A stretch of 64,000 nt of DNA, from the NCBI GenBank assembly GCA_002269645.1, contig NIVC01000650.1, positions 340,996-404,995 of the forward strand. The letters are read 5' to 3'. Below are positions 22,514-35,590 of this stretch, piece by piece. Each line of letters opens with the position of its first letter. Positions within the stretch are counted from its first letter, which is position 1. The notes below the pieces were generated by a model. It did not search any database. It saw only the letters and a list, made by a program, of their open reading frames with translations, and was not told where the DNA came from. The position numbers and the translations under genes are program-made. This stretch comes from Macrostomum lignano (Eukaryota).

Positions 22514-22829
22514 GATGCAGCGCCATGACAGCAGAAATCAGCTGCTCTGGCACGTTGTACGCACGAAGCACCTTGAGGAGCAGGGTCCTCACAAACAGTG
22601 GAAATTAAAGGCTTCCTAAGTCAAATATCAGCTGAGAGCAATCAGTATTATAAGCTCGACATGGTAGGTCCGCGCTTCCTCGCGGAATCGGCAAATATAT
22701 TTACATAAATTATAAATACACTATTATTGCCCGATTATTGCACAAAATTTTAGTCGCTGTCTTCGATCAGCATTCCGTCTAACGACGCTACATGTATATA
22801 TGCTGCAGTACATGTATGTTAAATGATAT

Positions 22830-25800
22830 CCCAGTGAAAAATGATTCATGGATTCCACGTGGGTTCCACGTGGCCATGTGGAATTTAAATGTTTCTTTAA
22901 TTTTTGCAAATTAATGACTTAAAGATGACATAATGGTATGCAAAGTATTTTTTATGCATTATTTTTTTATTTTTACTGTCCTAATGTTGATGTGGATTTT
23001 ACAAGGAATTCATGAGAAATAAGCGTATATTGATTCAACATGGAATCCACTTCGATAAAAAACTGTGATACACCTTATTTAGACGTTTTTATGAAATTAC
23101 TAAAATTAATTATTATATTTATATGCTTTTAAGTAAAAATTATTATCTAAAAGCTAAATTATAATCGGAAAATAAGACACTGTTTGTTAAAATAGACAAA
23201 ATAGAAGTTAACAATAAAAAACGTTTCGTACGTTTTAAAATTAAATTAATTTTATTTTATATTCGTCAATGTCTTGGTCCAAGGCCTTGAAAGATAAAGT
23301 GCCTTGTTTATGGCTATTTAAGCACCTTAAAAATTTTAGTAGACCTAGCCTATAGGCAATAACTTACGAGTATAAGGCCATGGCCTCCATGGGATTAGAA
23401 ATTAGATAAATCAGTATTTTATCATAGATAGGCCTAGTACTTTTGGTAAAATCCATGATAAATTTATTTAGGCCTAGGCCCTATCCAATTTCTAGGAATC
23501 CCATGGCCATGTCCATAGATTGGCTACTCATTTTTTAACTTAAATAGGCCTTTAGAAGTTCATAATTTCCTCTTAGTCCTACCTATCTATTTATATGTAT
23601 GCTTATTAGGCCTATTTTAAGCTAGGCCTATAACTATCAATTTAGGTCCTTCTATTTTAATTAAGGTTGGGAGTTGGGACTAGCTTGACTTTGTGAATTG
23701 TGACTAGTCAATCTAGTTAATCTGTTAAAAATCTATTAATTTATGATTTTCTTCAAAAAAGCCTATTAGCATCTTTTGGACTTGTTGCATTTTTAAAAAC
23801 AGTATTATTAATTATAATAAATAATTCTGCATTTACACTTGCAACTTGCTTTTGGCATAGCTAGCCTAGCAGATCCCTAAGGTTGCTATTATAAATAAAT
23901 AATGATTATTGTAAATTTGATCTGATTTAGGCCAAGTCCAGAATTTAATAGCCATAGGCATAGGGCATAGCTATTTAGGCTTAGGCCTAATGTTAAATCA
24001 TACTAGGCCAGCAAATATAAAAAAACATGCATTGCTTTGCCTAAATACTTTATAGTTTAAAATCAATTTTAAAATAAAAAATTAAATTTATAGAAACATA
24101 GGAATATTAATTATTTTTGTATTTATTATTTTATTGGTTTATTGATTGACTTAGGTAGGGTTTTCTTTTTTGCTAGAGACAAAGTGCAAAATTATATCCT
24201 ATGCTCACTTTCAGGGTGTTACAGGTGTGATTAATTATTATATAATATTCCACCGATGTTACCAAGTTGTCGTAGGGGGGTTGGCTATAATTCTATACTT
24301 TTATTATATTAGCTTATTAGATTTGTTATGAGCCACTAAAATACGGTGTTATGGAGGTAAGATTATGGGCTTTCACGTAAGTACGGATTGCCCTGGTAGC
24401 GCGCAGTGCCCGAGCGGCAAGACACTGTTCAGCTAGGGGGAGAGGGGGGGTGACTAAGTCCTAAGCAGCGTCCTCCAATGGATCGAGGTTGCCCGGTGAA
24501 TTTCAATTTCCTCTTACAGATTTGCTCTTGTCAGGTACGACTTTCTCATTGGTTGTTCAATTCGAATATTTCTATTGGGATATTTCTCCCTTTTTTATTG
24601 GCTGGCTACGCCTCTGCTCTTTGCAAGTACGCAATTGGCTCTTAGACTATTCGTCTTTTACTCTTGGTAATTTCTACCTTCTGTCCAATGAGCATTCGCT
24701 CTTAGTTTTCTAGCAAATGAAGGAAGACTTTAGCAAAATTAGCTTATTCAATTTGTTAGGCAGATAGCCTTGAACCAAAAACGGTTGCCTCTCTGGGCGC
24801 TGAATTCACTTGTATTTATAGTAGAATTGGGGTGGGGGACCAGCTACATTTAAACAAAAAATTCTTTCCCTAGTTATGTTTCTATATCAACGCGAAAATT
24901 TAAATTGGGCCTACAGCACAGGGTTTTATGATTTTAAGGCTTAGAATGCAATTTCTCTTTTTTCTTATATAAAGGCAGTGCAAATAAGGCTTCAACAGAA
25001 AAATAGGTAATGAAATTGCACCTAAACTGTATCCACTTTTTAATTTCAATTTTCAAGGTGCAATTTTAAAATTTAAGGCGCATATGCACACTTTGCGCTT
25101 AAAAAAATAAACCTAGAACTTAAGCCTAGTTAATTTTAAAATAAACTTTATTAAGTATTCATCCTTAAATTAGTTTTATGAATTATATCAATATAATCTA
25201 TCAATCTTAATTGGCAACAATTATTTTTCTATTTCATTTCAGCCTAACATTACATGGCCCATCCTCAAACTTGGATGTCACCTTGGTCTTTCCTTTGAAG
25301 AAGCATGCAAAGCTACTTGGAATTTGAATATAGTATCTAGAATGCTACCTTTTGTGAAGCAATGGTAAGTTTTAGTTAAAAACTGATTTTTTTCTGTTAT
25401 CAAAATCTATTATAAGATCAAAATCTATCAAAATCTATTACAAAATCTATCATCAATCTGTTATAAAATTCTGTAATTTAACCCCTTTCTTTTCTAAGGT
25501 TTCTCACCTGACCTGAAGAAGCAGCATTCTGGCAATTGGCAGCAGCATGTTTCTGACTGTTCTAATTCTGGTGCATTATATTATTGTTAATCAATTAATG
25601 CTATTGACAATGTCAATTTCAAATTATATATTATATCATATGCGCAGCGCAACTTTAAATATATCAATATCTATATCAGTGTGTTTATTCTTTGTGTGCC
25701 AGTGACTCACTACTGTATATAAATACACCTTACTTATTGAGACATCCTTTTTGAATATATTTTTGTGCAGAAATATTTTTTCGCTATAGCTAGTGTTTTT

Positions 25801-26088
25801 ATCTGTGTTTCAGTTTCTTTTATATGGTATTGAGATCTGGGGTTCATATGAAGTTTTGAGATCTGATATTATTTTGAGATTTAGGATGCAACAATTTATT
25901 ATGGCAACCAGTATAATGGCTGTTTACTCAATGACAATGTGGATTCTATGTGAAATACATAATTACTTCCATGTGGATCTTCCATGTGGAATCCATATCT
26001 CAATTCCACATGGATGGACGGAGACAAATGCACATATGGATTTCATATGAAAAATCCACATGGAATCCATATACTTTTTTTCACTGGG
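22830..26088. mobile_element. Non-autonomous CACTA/EnSpm (CMC)-like DNA transposon, 3259 bp
   Basis: Termini CCCAGTGAAAAA...ATGGATTCCA.GTGG and its reverse complement; 2-bp AT TSD; subterminal TTCCAYRTGG repeats at both ends; AT-rich interior with no transposase ORF. Confidence 0.75.
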
Positions 26089-27167
26089 ATTTGAAACATT
26101 TTTTTGGATCTTAAAACATCTTTCCAGGCGCGAAAGAGCCTTCGATCACAGCTGTGGAATGTGCTGGCCGCCATGATTGCTAGCTTTGCAAGCTGCTGAA
26201 ATTTTGTCAAAAATCATGCAAGCGCGCAATTTCTGTGATACTATACATACCTGCAGTCTATACTACGAGCTAAATTAGCGGAACAGAATTGAAAAACGGA
26301 ATATCGCTAATCCCTTAAGAGAAAAAATAGCGAATTCAAAGATATAATATATATATATCTTTATATACCTATATATATAGGTATATATATATGTTTCTTC
26401 TTATCGATCGCTCGCGCTCGATCGGATCATCGATTCTCCAAATTTTATGTTCCCATGACCCAGTTCTCTCAACCTAATGCTACGATTGTCGTATTTTCAC
26501 AGAGTCACAACGTTTTTTATATAACTCACGCACCGTGGCATGTTTTTACTGAAGTTTGCAACCGACTTGCAATAATCCAGATGGCCATGACTTCGAGTGA
26601 CATGTACATTAGGCTTACGTAATCAAGGTCAAGTATGTGCAGTTAATAAGGAATAAACCTTATTCTTAAGTGTAAAAATGTTATTATATCCTCCTATTAA
26701 ATCTTACCTAAGCCATTATCACTTTCTTGGCTACATACTAAAGAATATCCAACCATAAAATGTTTTAATGCTTTGTACTTTGACCAGGAGTTTAAATATT
26801 GGGGATTTGGGTTCGCAGATTTCTATTTTTTTTTTAACGAACTCGAAAATTCGTGATCGAGGGGGGATCAAGCTTGAATATTGAGCATTGAGCAGCTCGG
26901 AGTTCTGGAAATAGGACTCTAGCCAGTAAGCCTAGATTTTATACCAGAGCCGTAAAACAGATTTTTAAGCATATTCGGGTTTAGTAAGGATCCCCTGTCC
27001 TAGTTATTCATAAAAAAAACTTTTCAATGTTTCTAGATTAGGCCTAGTTTCAAGCAACACGCCTACAGTGCCTGCATGCTTGCTAGTCTTGCAGGGCTAC
27101 TAAAAATTAGGGATTATATAAGATTAAATTATAACATAGGCCTAAGTTCAGTCTTGCCTGAATTGCG

Positions 27168-30100
27168 ATGGCTGGAAGACCTAACCCCATGCCAAATGAA
27201 AAGGCTGAAGATGGTTTAGAACTTTTTTTGAAGATGACAGAACTTTGTGGAAAGACTGTAAGCTTTATTGTTCCATGTAAGTAAATATCTGAAATTGCCT
27301 CAGTTCATTCTCCATAGTGGTTTCTCCATTTGTCTAAGTATTAAATATGTCATACTGCTCATGAATGTAGGGCCTAAGAATTTTTTTGCTTTGCTTGCTA
27401 TATCAGTATATGCAGGCCTATATCTAAAAGATACAATGCATGCCAAAATTTTTCTAGCATGCATTTAAAAACATCAGTGTTCACAATGACAATATGCATT
27501 TTAAAATAGGGGCCTATCAGCATGCATTGTATATGTAACTAAAACTAAAAGTCAAATGAGATCCCAATCCCAATCCAAAATCCAAAATCAATTGTATTCT
27601 CGCGGGACCAGGATCCCAACCCTAAAAAACATAAGAATTGGGAACAGGTCTTTTTATCAAAAGTTTATAGAATTAGTGATTGTATTTTGTTTTAACTTGT
27701 ATTCATTTACATTATTATTTTGTTTGTTACAAAACTTTGCATTAATTTTGTTGTTTTACTTTTGATCTTGACATTTTTTGCTCAATTTTTGTTTAACTTT
27801 ATATGGACTTACAAACTACAATATACTAAAAGACCTGATCCCAAATCCCAATCCCAATCCTAAGAAAAAATTATTCCCAATCCCAATCCTGCCTAAAGAT
27901 TTCAATCCCATCCGACCTCTATATATAACTGAAAGGAAGTGTCATTCTCAGTGTATATGATTACTTTATAATATGCATTGTGGCATACTAGTACAAGGCA
28001 TATATATAATAGATAGACATTTAAGTTATTAGCAATAATGTTTTTTACAATTAGAGGATAAATTATAAAAATAGTTTTTCTTAAGATAAAAAATTTATTT
28101 AATTGACAATATATCAATAGTTTATTAACATGGAGGCTATATAGATAGTTTAGTTAAAATTAAAGCTCATATTATAAAAAATTAAAACTACAAAAAGGTC
28201 CTTTATTATTGCAATTATGATCAGTATTGATGCCAACTTAATTGTAGAAACAGATGCGGATACCAAACAGATTCGTATACTAAAATGTGGATACAGATGC
28301 AGATTACTATTTTGCGGAATCAGATGTAAATAGCAGATGTAAAAAATCTCTAGATTTAGTCTTCTGTCAAAACATTGATTTATATTTTGCTTTATACCTA
28401 GTTTTATTTAATTTGTAGATAAATTTTTCTTACTTAAATTTATTGTGAATAATGACAGAAAATCATTGTCTCTATTAAAAAAAACAAATCACAATGAGGA
28501 AATCATCAAGAGATTTATATGTACTTTACACAATTAGCACAGGTACATGAAAACAAGAAACTAGTCAATCTAGACTTGAACTATCTACTTGAAATATTTA
28601 GAATCCAAACTTAAACTTTACATACTTGTGGTCTTTGGAAGTACATGTTATATATGTACATTTTTCTATTATATCTAGCAACAAAAATAACTTCAAACCT
28701 AATCAAATTTCTTATTTACTACTATCAGTAGTGTATTTTGGAGCAGCTTTACTTTTGAAAACAGAGAAAATGATTTTCCATCATTATTTCATAATAAATT
28801 TAAAAGAGAACAATTTACCTACAAATAGGGCCTAAACAAAAACAGAAATAAAGCAGAATATAAATTCATGTTATAACAGAACTAAATCTGGAAATTTTCT
28901 GCAGCTTCTATTTATATCTGTATTGATTCTGCAAAAGTAATCTGTATCCATATTTGTATTTTAGCATACAAATCCATTCCATATCTGTATCTATTTCCCC
29001 AATTTAGTTTGTACCATCAGTATCAATGTTTATTTACTTTGCATCAGTGTGCATTGCTTTGAAGCATTTAAGAATATACTCAGTATGATTTAGACTATGG
29101 TATAGTATGCAAAAGGGTTAGATCAAAGTCTATAGACCATAGCATATGTGCCAATAGGCTCATTCCATATAAGATGGACATTTTTGGAAAATAGAAAAAA
29201 GTCAATATTTGTGCTTGCCATTGCCTTATCAGCCAATTTTTTACCAAATGTTTTTTATATGTAATATCTACAATCTAAGAATAAATGAATGATAAAATGT
29301 TAGATTAGTATGCTATCAAGTGGCAAAAAGTCATTTTTGTAAAAATTTAGACATTTTTTTAAGCAAAAGACATCATTAAGTTTGTGTACCTTTTAAAAAC
29401 AAATAGAAAGCTTTGGAAGGTTGAAACAAACTATAGATAAAAGTATAGTACTTGCATCATCAGATAAAAGTATTGGTGACCAAATAATCTATTATATTTT
29501 TAATATATTGGTACCTCAAAGTTACTGAATTGACAGAAAAAAATATGTTACGACCATAATGTTACGACCATAAGGCTGCCTTTTCTTTTGTATCTTTGTT
29601 GCCTTTTTGAGTTTATATATTCTACAAAAAGAGTATGATTACTAAAGATGTTCTTAGTCAAATTTTAAAAAATGTATTGCAAAATATCAAAAATAAAAAT
29701 GTTATAAGACTTTTACCTTTTAGTTTCTATATGTCAAAAATCCTGTTGTTACGACCATAAGTGCCATTCAAGGTTTAATAGCATCTATACTAATGATGAT
29801 ATCTACATGAAACTCTATAAAAATATTTTTGACAAAATTATCTTTCATTTAAAATATTGGTTTAGTATATTCTATTATTATATTTCATTTTATAAGTAAA
29901 AATAGCCTGTCATGTTATGACCATGCTTATATGGAATGAGCCAATAGACTAAAGGAGGGGGGCAAAAGGAGATAGTAATAAAATTGCATTCAGAATTGAA
30001 GAATGAAGAATGGAATGGCACTCAGAACGAAATGAAATTTTATTATCTAAAATAAATTTCTTACCATTAGACTTATGCCAGGCTTAGGCCACTGCATATT

Positions 30101-32973
30101 AGGTATAATAGACTAGGAGAAAGGAAAGGGTGACATAGGCAGTTTGTATAAAAATTTTGTTACTCAAAAAAGTTTAGTGTTTCCAGTTTTGTATATTTTA
30201 ATTGTAAATTTATAAATATAAAAATTAATCAAAATATTGATATAAAAACAGAAGTTATTGCATTTTTAGCAAAGTTTCATTTTTTAGAGTTTTTAGCACC
30301 CGGTACAGGATAAAAGATAACACGCAAGAGGGAAAATTAGGGATTCCACCTTATGAGCTTTAATTTACATAATGTCAATGCTCAACAAGCTTCTTAGTTA
30401 TCCAAAAAATTCTGGCATCTTGGTCAAAAATAGCCATTATAGTGGCCTTTAGTTCTTTAAATTGCAGAAATTGTATAATTTTTTTACTTTGATGAAAGCT
30501 ACCCTAAGACAAACTGTTCATAGTGAACAATCAGAAAGTGCACTATAGCAAGCAATATAGGAAGGAATAGAAACACAAATTCTTTATTGTCTTGCAAGCA
30601 GTCTATAAAGTACTCGTATGTTGCAGCTAAGTGCTTTTAGAAACATGCAATTTCTGAATCCCAATTTCTCTTAGAGTTGCTAAGTCTAATGTTGCAACCC
30701 TCAAACTAATGATAAACTGCTGTTAAGACTGGCACATCCAATAGCCATTTGCAAATTGTTTTTGCATCAAACAAGAGGCTCAGCAATGGTATAGTGGAAA
30801 TTTAGATCCCATCAACTTCTGGTTCTGCATTAATGAGCTCAACTGATACCCACTGCTTGCAAAGCTTTCTATCAGTATACTTAGTGTACTATGTGGCAAT
30901 GCAACTACGGATAGAGTATTCAGTTTGCTGTCCCCATCAAGAGGTGCAATTCAGGACTGGCATCCATGAACTTCGAGATCTCTGATTCACTTGTTAATCT
31001 GCATGTAATGCATATGCAGCAGTAATGAAGTGACTGAAACGATATAAGATGACATTCATGCACAACCTCAGAAATTACACAAGTCATGCAACTTAGTTTT
31101 GTGACTTACACAAAAAATATTCAATTTGTCATCAAATGTTCTCAAAAAGTAAAAAAAAATCGTCAAAAATGTTGGCAGTCTTTCTAAGCACCATGATATA
31201 TATTGTAGTAATTTCTTACCTAATCTTACAAATTAACCTTACTGCAACAGCTGTCTACAAAGTTCATGGCGACTTTCTTGCCGAGGTGCTCTATGCGTGT
31301 GGAAATTTTGCTGCTACAATCAGGAAATATTATCATTCTGGATTGTTGTTAAAGACATTAAGTGGAAATGTAAGCTTTTTGATATAATTTCTTTTAAATT
31401 CTGTAATAGCTTTCATATCAAGTTTTTTGCAATCTCAATTCATGCATGATTCTTTATATTCTAGACTGTCGAGTTCATCAAAAAGTTTGTTGAAGTCTTT
31501 GAAGTGGTGCTGGAATGCTGCGCCTACAAGTTTGGCTCTAAGCAGATAAAATGGACTTCAATTTTATTTCTGCAAGGATTCAAGTAGGCTTATGTTTATT
31601 ATTTTTTATTTATAGGTGAGGTGTAATTTGAGGTCAAATAAGGGCGCTTTGCTGAGGCCATGTTAAAATTTATAAAAATAAGTTGCGAGATGACCAATTA
31701 AGCTCAGGGTTTTAGCGTCAATTGAAGTTAATTTGTAGGGTCAATCAGGGTCAATTAAGGTCAAATTTAAGGTCAACTGAGGGTAGTTTACATGGTCAAT
31801 TAAGGTCAGATTGCAGTGTCAATTAAGGTCAGGTTGCAGTGTCAATTAAGGTTTGATTGCAGTGTCAATTTAGGTCAGGTTGCAGTGTCAATTTAGGTCA
31901 GGTTGCAGGGGACAATTAAGGTCAGGTTGCAGGGGACAATTAAGGTCAGGATTTGATGGAGTTTAAGTTCATTTAGGTCAGTTGAACCCGCCCTTTTTTA
32001 AAAACTCACCCAGGCTGCTGCTCCGCCTCTATCTCATCAAAGTCCGCGGCCAGGTGCTAAACGATACCTGTCAATCAACGAGTGCTCGACAGTGCCGCTG
32101 TCCGAAACTGGCTGGCGCCGCTTCATCAACTTGCCAGAATCGGCCTCGCTTAGCCGAGCTGTTGTATTCGGCCAGGCCATTGCTGCACACCTGCCTGTAC
32201 GTGTGCCAGGGACCGGCCGCCTGGCTGCCCTGGGCCGCCTCAGCTGGCCTGGATCTGCTGTCGCTTGCCTGCCTGCCCAGCCCCGCGTGCCTGACTCAGC
32301 GGCAGAGAGACTGCCGATCTGCTCGGCTGAAATCGCTAGCTCTGGTGTACGCGTTTCGCACTCCGGCTCACGACAGCTGCGTGCAGCCAATTGTTGCTTG
32401 GCTGGCCGAGATTCCCCTGCCGTTGGTTAGATCGTTTTTTAGTGAGTCTCCGTTCTTTTAATGAGCAGTCAGGTGAGACTGAGTGATTAAATGAGCAGTC
32501 AGGTGAGACTTGAGTGACCGAATGAGCAGTCAGGTGAGACTGAGTGATTAAATGAGCAGTCAGGTGAGACTTGAGTGACCGAATGAGCAGTCAGGTGAGA
32601 CTTGAGTGATTGAATGAGCAGTCAGGTGAGACTTGAGTGATTGAATGAGCAGTCAGGTGAGACTTGAGTGACCGAATGAGCAGTCAGGTGAGACTTGAGT
32701 GATTGAATGAGCAGTCAGGTGAGACTTGAGTGATTGAATGAGCAGTCAGGTGAGACTGAGTGATTGAATGAGCAGTCAGGTGAGACTTGAGTGATTGAAT
32801 GAGCAGTCAGGCGTAGAGAAGCTGAGTGAGCTAGCAAAAAATAAGCAAAAGATACTTCTTACCTGTGAGTAGCAAATGTAACAAACAAGCCTCTGCATCC
32901 CATGAAAATTTCAGAGCTAGTGCTAAACTACATGATTTACTGGCGTCTGCACTACATGAATATGTGGAGCTAA
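27168..32973 (+). CDS. PEX16: Peroxisomal membrane biogenesis protein PEX16, 277 aa, 5 exons
   Basis: Exons 27168-27276, 31251-31369, 31465-31583, 32014-32441, 32915-32973 join in frame (834 nt). Motifs EVLYACGN, FEVVLECCAYKFG..IKWTSILFLQGFK, LAELLYSARPLLH, WLPWAASAGLDLLSL and C-terminal LNYMIYWRLHYMNMWS parallel known Pex16 (AEFLYIARPLLH, WKPW, MDYLPTWQKIYFYSWG). Confidence 0.85.
28220..29030. mobile_element. Old degenerate MITE with ~110-bp imperfect inverted arms in PEX16 intron 1
   Basis: 28225-28340 resembles the reverse complement of 28900-29025 (GGATACAGAT..CAGATTACT..TTTGC.GAATCA). Confidence 0.55.
29157..29942. mobile_element. 786-bp MITE with 17-bp TIR and 4-bp AATA TSD
   Basis: AATA|GGCTCATTCCATATAAG ... 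CTTATATGGAATGAGCC|AATA; internal GTTACGACCATAA repeats. Confidence 0.8.
30700..31010 (+). pseudogene. hAT transposase C-terminal dimerisation-domain remnant
   Basis: Broken frames give DPINFW..YPLLAKL and LSVLCGNATTDRVFSLL, like the hAT motif ...S.ERVFS. Confidence 0.55.
31700..31985. repeat. Intronic minisatellite, 23-bp unit (GTCAATTAAGGTCAGGTTGCAGT)
   Basis: Tandem units in PEX16 intron 3. Confidence 0.85.
32461..32810. repeat. Intronic minisatellite, 31-bp unit (AATGAGCAGTCAGGTGAGACTTGAGTGATTG), ~11 copies
   Basis: Tandem units in PEX16 intron 4, each containing CAG|GTGAGA. Confidence 0.95.
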
Positions 32974-33539
32974 TTTTGCATCTTTATCCTATCCTGCCAA
33001 TCTAATGATGACTTAATATTCGAGTTAACAGTTTTTCAAAATGAATATCTAGATTTCTTTTCATAGCTTCTACTTACAGTAGTCTGTAAGTGATTTTGCG
33101 ACGCTTTTCTAAAATTACGTTTGTTGAATGTTGAAAATTTTCAACTTGGTAGAAAATCAGGCTGTCTTAAATGATTAGAAATGAATGAATTTGATTTGCC
33201 AAACTTCTATATTTGTATTTGTGTTTTAGTGTTGATTTTTTAAATAAATCATTATAACATTTCTTTAAATAAGCTAAGGTCTTTGTTTCTCTCATTTACT
33301 GCATATCTGCCCCTTTTTTGAATACAGTAGACTGGTATTTTTAAAACTAGGTGAGGCTAGGAACAGATTGGCTTTTCATTGTCTATGGCCCAAGTAGAGG
33401 GTTTCTGTAGCAGCCAGTTGTGCTAGCCTTGGGCCTTCTTTATTACTTTTATTGCCCCTGTCCTCATGGCCAGATGTGCAACCGACCGCTCAGCCACAGC
33501 TATTGCGCGGCGCATCTGAAGGCTGCGTACGGCTGTTCA

Positions 33540-33680
33540 GTCCAAGGACTGGTTGGGGTCGCCACACACACACACCCTCAATTACCCCAGCTTATGCTGG
33601 CACCCATTTTTACAGCAGGGTGGACTGAAGCAATACAGAGTTAAGTGCATGTCTTGCTCAAGGACACGAGTCGTGAGTCC
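33540..33680 (+). mobile_element. Possible SINE remnant with a CORE-like domain
   Basis: CCCATTTTTACAG...GAGTTAAGTG..TCTTGCTCAAGGACAC resembles the conserved SINE core ...GTTAAGT.ACTTGCCCAAGG.CAC; judged from memory, not aligned. Confidence 0.4.
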
Positions 33681-33935
33681 AAGTAGGCCATAGACTCTAT
33701 GAAAAGCCAGTCTTCAACTCTGCTCCTATACTATAGGCTTGATTTGGCTTGTGGAAATTACTATATCTGATTTTAAAGATGTTAGATTAGGAAGTATGTC
33801 TGTAAAATATGTTTTTACCATAGACATAAATACGTGATGTTCTTCACAGCTTCGAACACAGCGATTTTAACATAGTTCATTCACTTTCAGCTAACCGATT
33901 GATTCGTTATTGGATTCGAGATTAATCCACTAGCC

Positions 33936-34945
33936 ATGACTGATCAAACCACTTCTACTACCGGTGAAGAGCCGCTGCGAGTTGTTCTGTTAGCCATTGA
34001 CGGCTCCAAGCATTGCCAGCGGGCGTTTGACTATTACGTTAAACAGCTGCGGCGCCACAACGATGTGCTGCTGTTGGTGCACGCTATCGAGCCGCCTTCG
34101 GTGCCCGGCTCCCTGTCTGTCAGCAACAGCGGGGACGCTTTTCTGAGAAAGCACGCCGAAATGCTTGAAGAACAGGTGAGAGAGTGTCTCGTCTGCATAG
34201 CAACCGTATACTTTGCATAGGAACTGCTTCCTCTGCATCGTCTATATAACAATCGTATATTGTGTAAAGCAACTATTTCCTTAGCGTAGCAACCATTTCA
34301 CCCAGCATAGCAACCGTTTCACCCAGCATAGCAGCCGTTTTCCCCAGCATAGCAACCGTTTCCCCCAGCATAGCAACCATTCCACCCAGCATAGCAACCG
34401 TTTCCCCCTGCATAGCAACCATTCCACCCAGCATAGCAACCGTTTCCCCCTGCATAGCAACCATTCCACCCAGCATAGCAACCGTTTCCCCCTGCATAGC
34501 AACCATTCCACCCAGCATAGCAACCGTTTCCCCCTGCATAGCAACCATTCCACCCAGCATAGCAACCATTTACCTCGGCATAGCAACCATTTACCTCAGC
34601 ATGGCAACCATTTACCTCAGCATCGCAATCATTTACCCTAGCATAGCAACAATGCCAAACCTGCACCCCCAGATTGCCGAGGCCAGGCGCATGGAGTCGC
34701 GCTGGAAAGATTCGTGCCGCGAACTGGGCATGAACCACTTCAGCTTCCTGCTAGTGTCAGGCGAGCCGGGCGAAGCCATCTGCCGCGCCGCCGAGGAACA
34801 CTCGGCCGACATGGTCGTGATGGGCAGTCGCGGTCTCGGCTTGCTCCGCCGGACCTTCATAGGGAGCGTGAGCGACTACGTGCTGCACCACGCCTACAGG
34901 CCCGTCATGATCTGCCCGCCGACTAAACGGGAGGCCACTGAATAG
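33936..34945 (+). CDS. Universal stress protein (UspA domain), 170 aa, 2 exons
   Basis: Exons 33936-34175 and 34673-34945 (phase 0). VLLAIDGS, LLVHAIE, GEPGEAIC, and DMVVMGSRGLGLLRRTFIGSVSDYVLHHA with an intact G-2X-G-9X-GS ATP-binding motif. Confidence 0.95.
34285..34650. repeat. Intronic minisatellite, 21/42-bp unit (CCCAGCATAGCAACCGTTTCC)
   Basis: Fills the USP intron. Confidence 0.92.
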
Positions 34946-35189
34946 GCAACTCGTGTGTTGCCGCCAACAATTCCCCCAGTTGGATCAATTTTGACAAAAA
35001 TTATAGCTCGCAACTATGACTAGCCCTATTTTCTGGGGACTGTAGCAACAGCTATATTAATTTATTTGTCTTGAAACAACTAACTCAAATCAAAAGTTTT
35101 CAAATCTGTCATCTCCTGTCATCATAGCCTCTTCATAGCGACTACCCCCCCCCCCTCGCATAACAACCATATCCCCTGAATAGCAACGT

Positions 35190-35590
35190 TATCCTTGGCA
35201 TAGAAACCATAGACTCAGCATAGCAACTTTATTCTTAGCATAGCAACCATAGTTATTGCATAGCAACCATAGCTATTGCATAGCAACCATAGCTATTGCA
35301 TAGCAACCATAGCTATTACATAGCAACCATATTTATTGCATAGCAACCATAGCTATTGCATAGCAACCATAGCTATTGCATAGCAACCATAGCTATTGCA
35401 TAGCAACCATATCCTTAGCATAGAAACCATAGCTATTGCATAGCAACCATATAGTCTGCGTGGCAACCATTTTGTTAGCATAGCAACCAAATCCTTAGCA
35501 TAGCAACCAAATCCTTAGCATAGCAACCAAATCCTTAGCATAGCAACCATATCCTTAGCATTGAAGCCATAGCTATTGCAACCATAGCCT
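35190..35590. repeat. Minisatellite, 20-bp unit (GCATAGCAACCATAGCTATT)
   Basis: Shares the GCATAGCAACC core with the USP intron array. Confidence 0.9.

Larger units (their letters stand above)
21360..22620 (-). pseudogene. 5'-truncated, degenerate non-LTR retrotransposon (RTE-like) reverse transcriptase
   Basis: Frameshifted motifs on -: LKVLRAYNVPEQLISAV, FETSSGVL*GDTL, SVLGY(A)DDL, GLVVNTQKT, LLYNAETW, LRRRRLQLTGH; (TTG)n-like 3' tail near 21370. Confidence 0.88.

Noticed and set aside
27251-27262. Alternative PEX16 exon-1 donor ACT|GTAAGC at 27257
   Set aside because: Phase 0 does not match the phase-1 acceptor at 31251; the donor at 27276 does and gives Pex16-like sequence.
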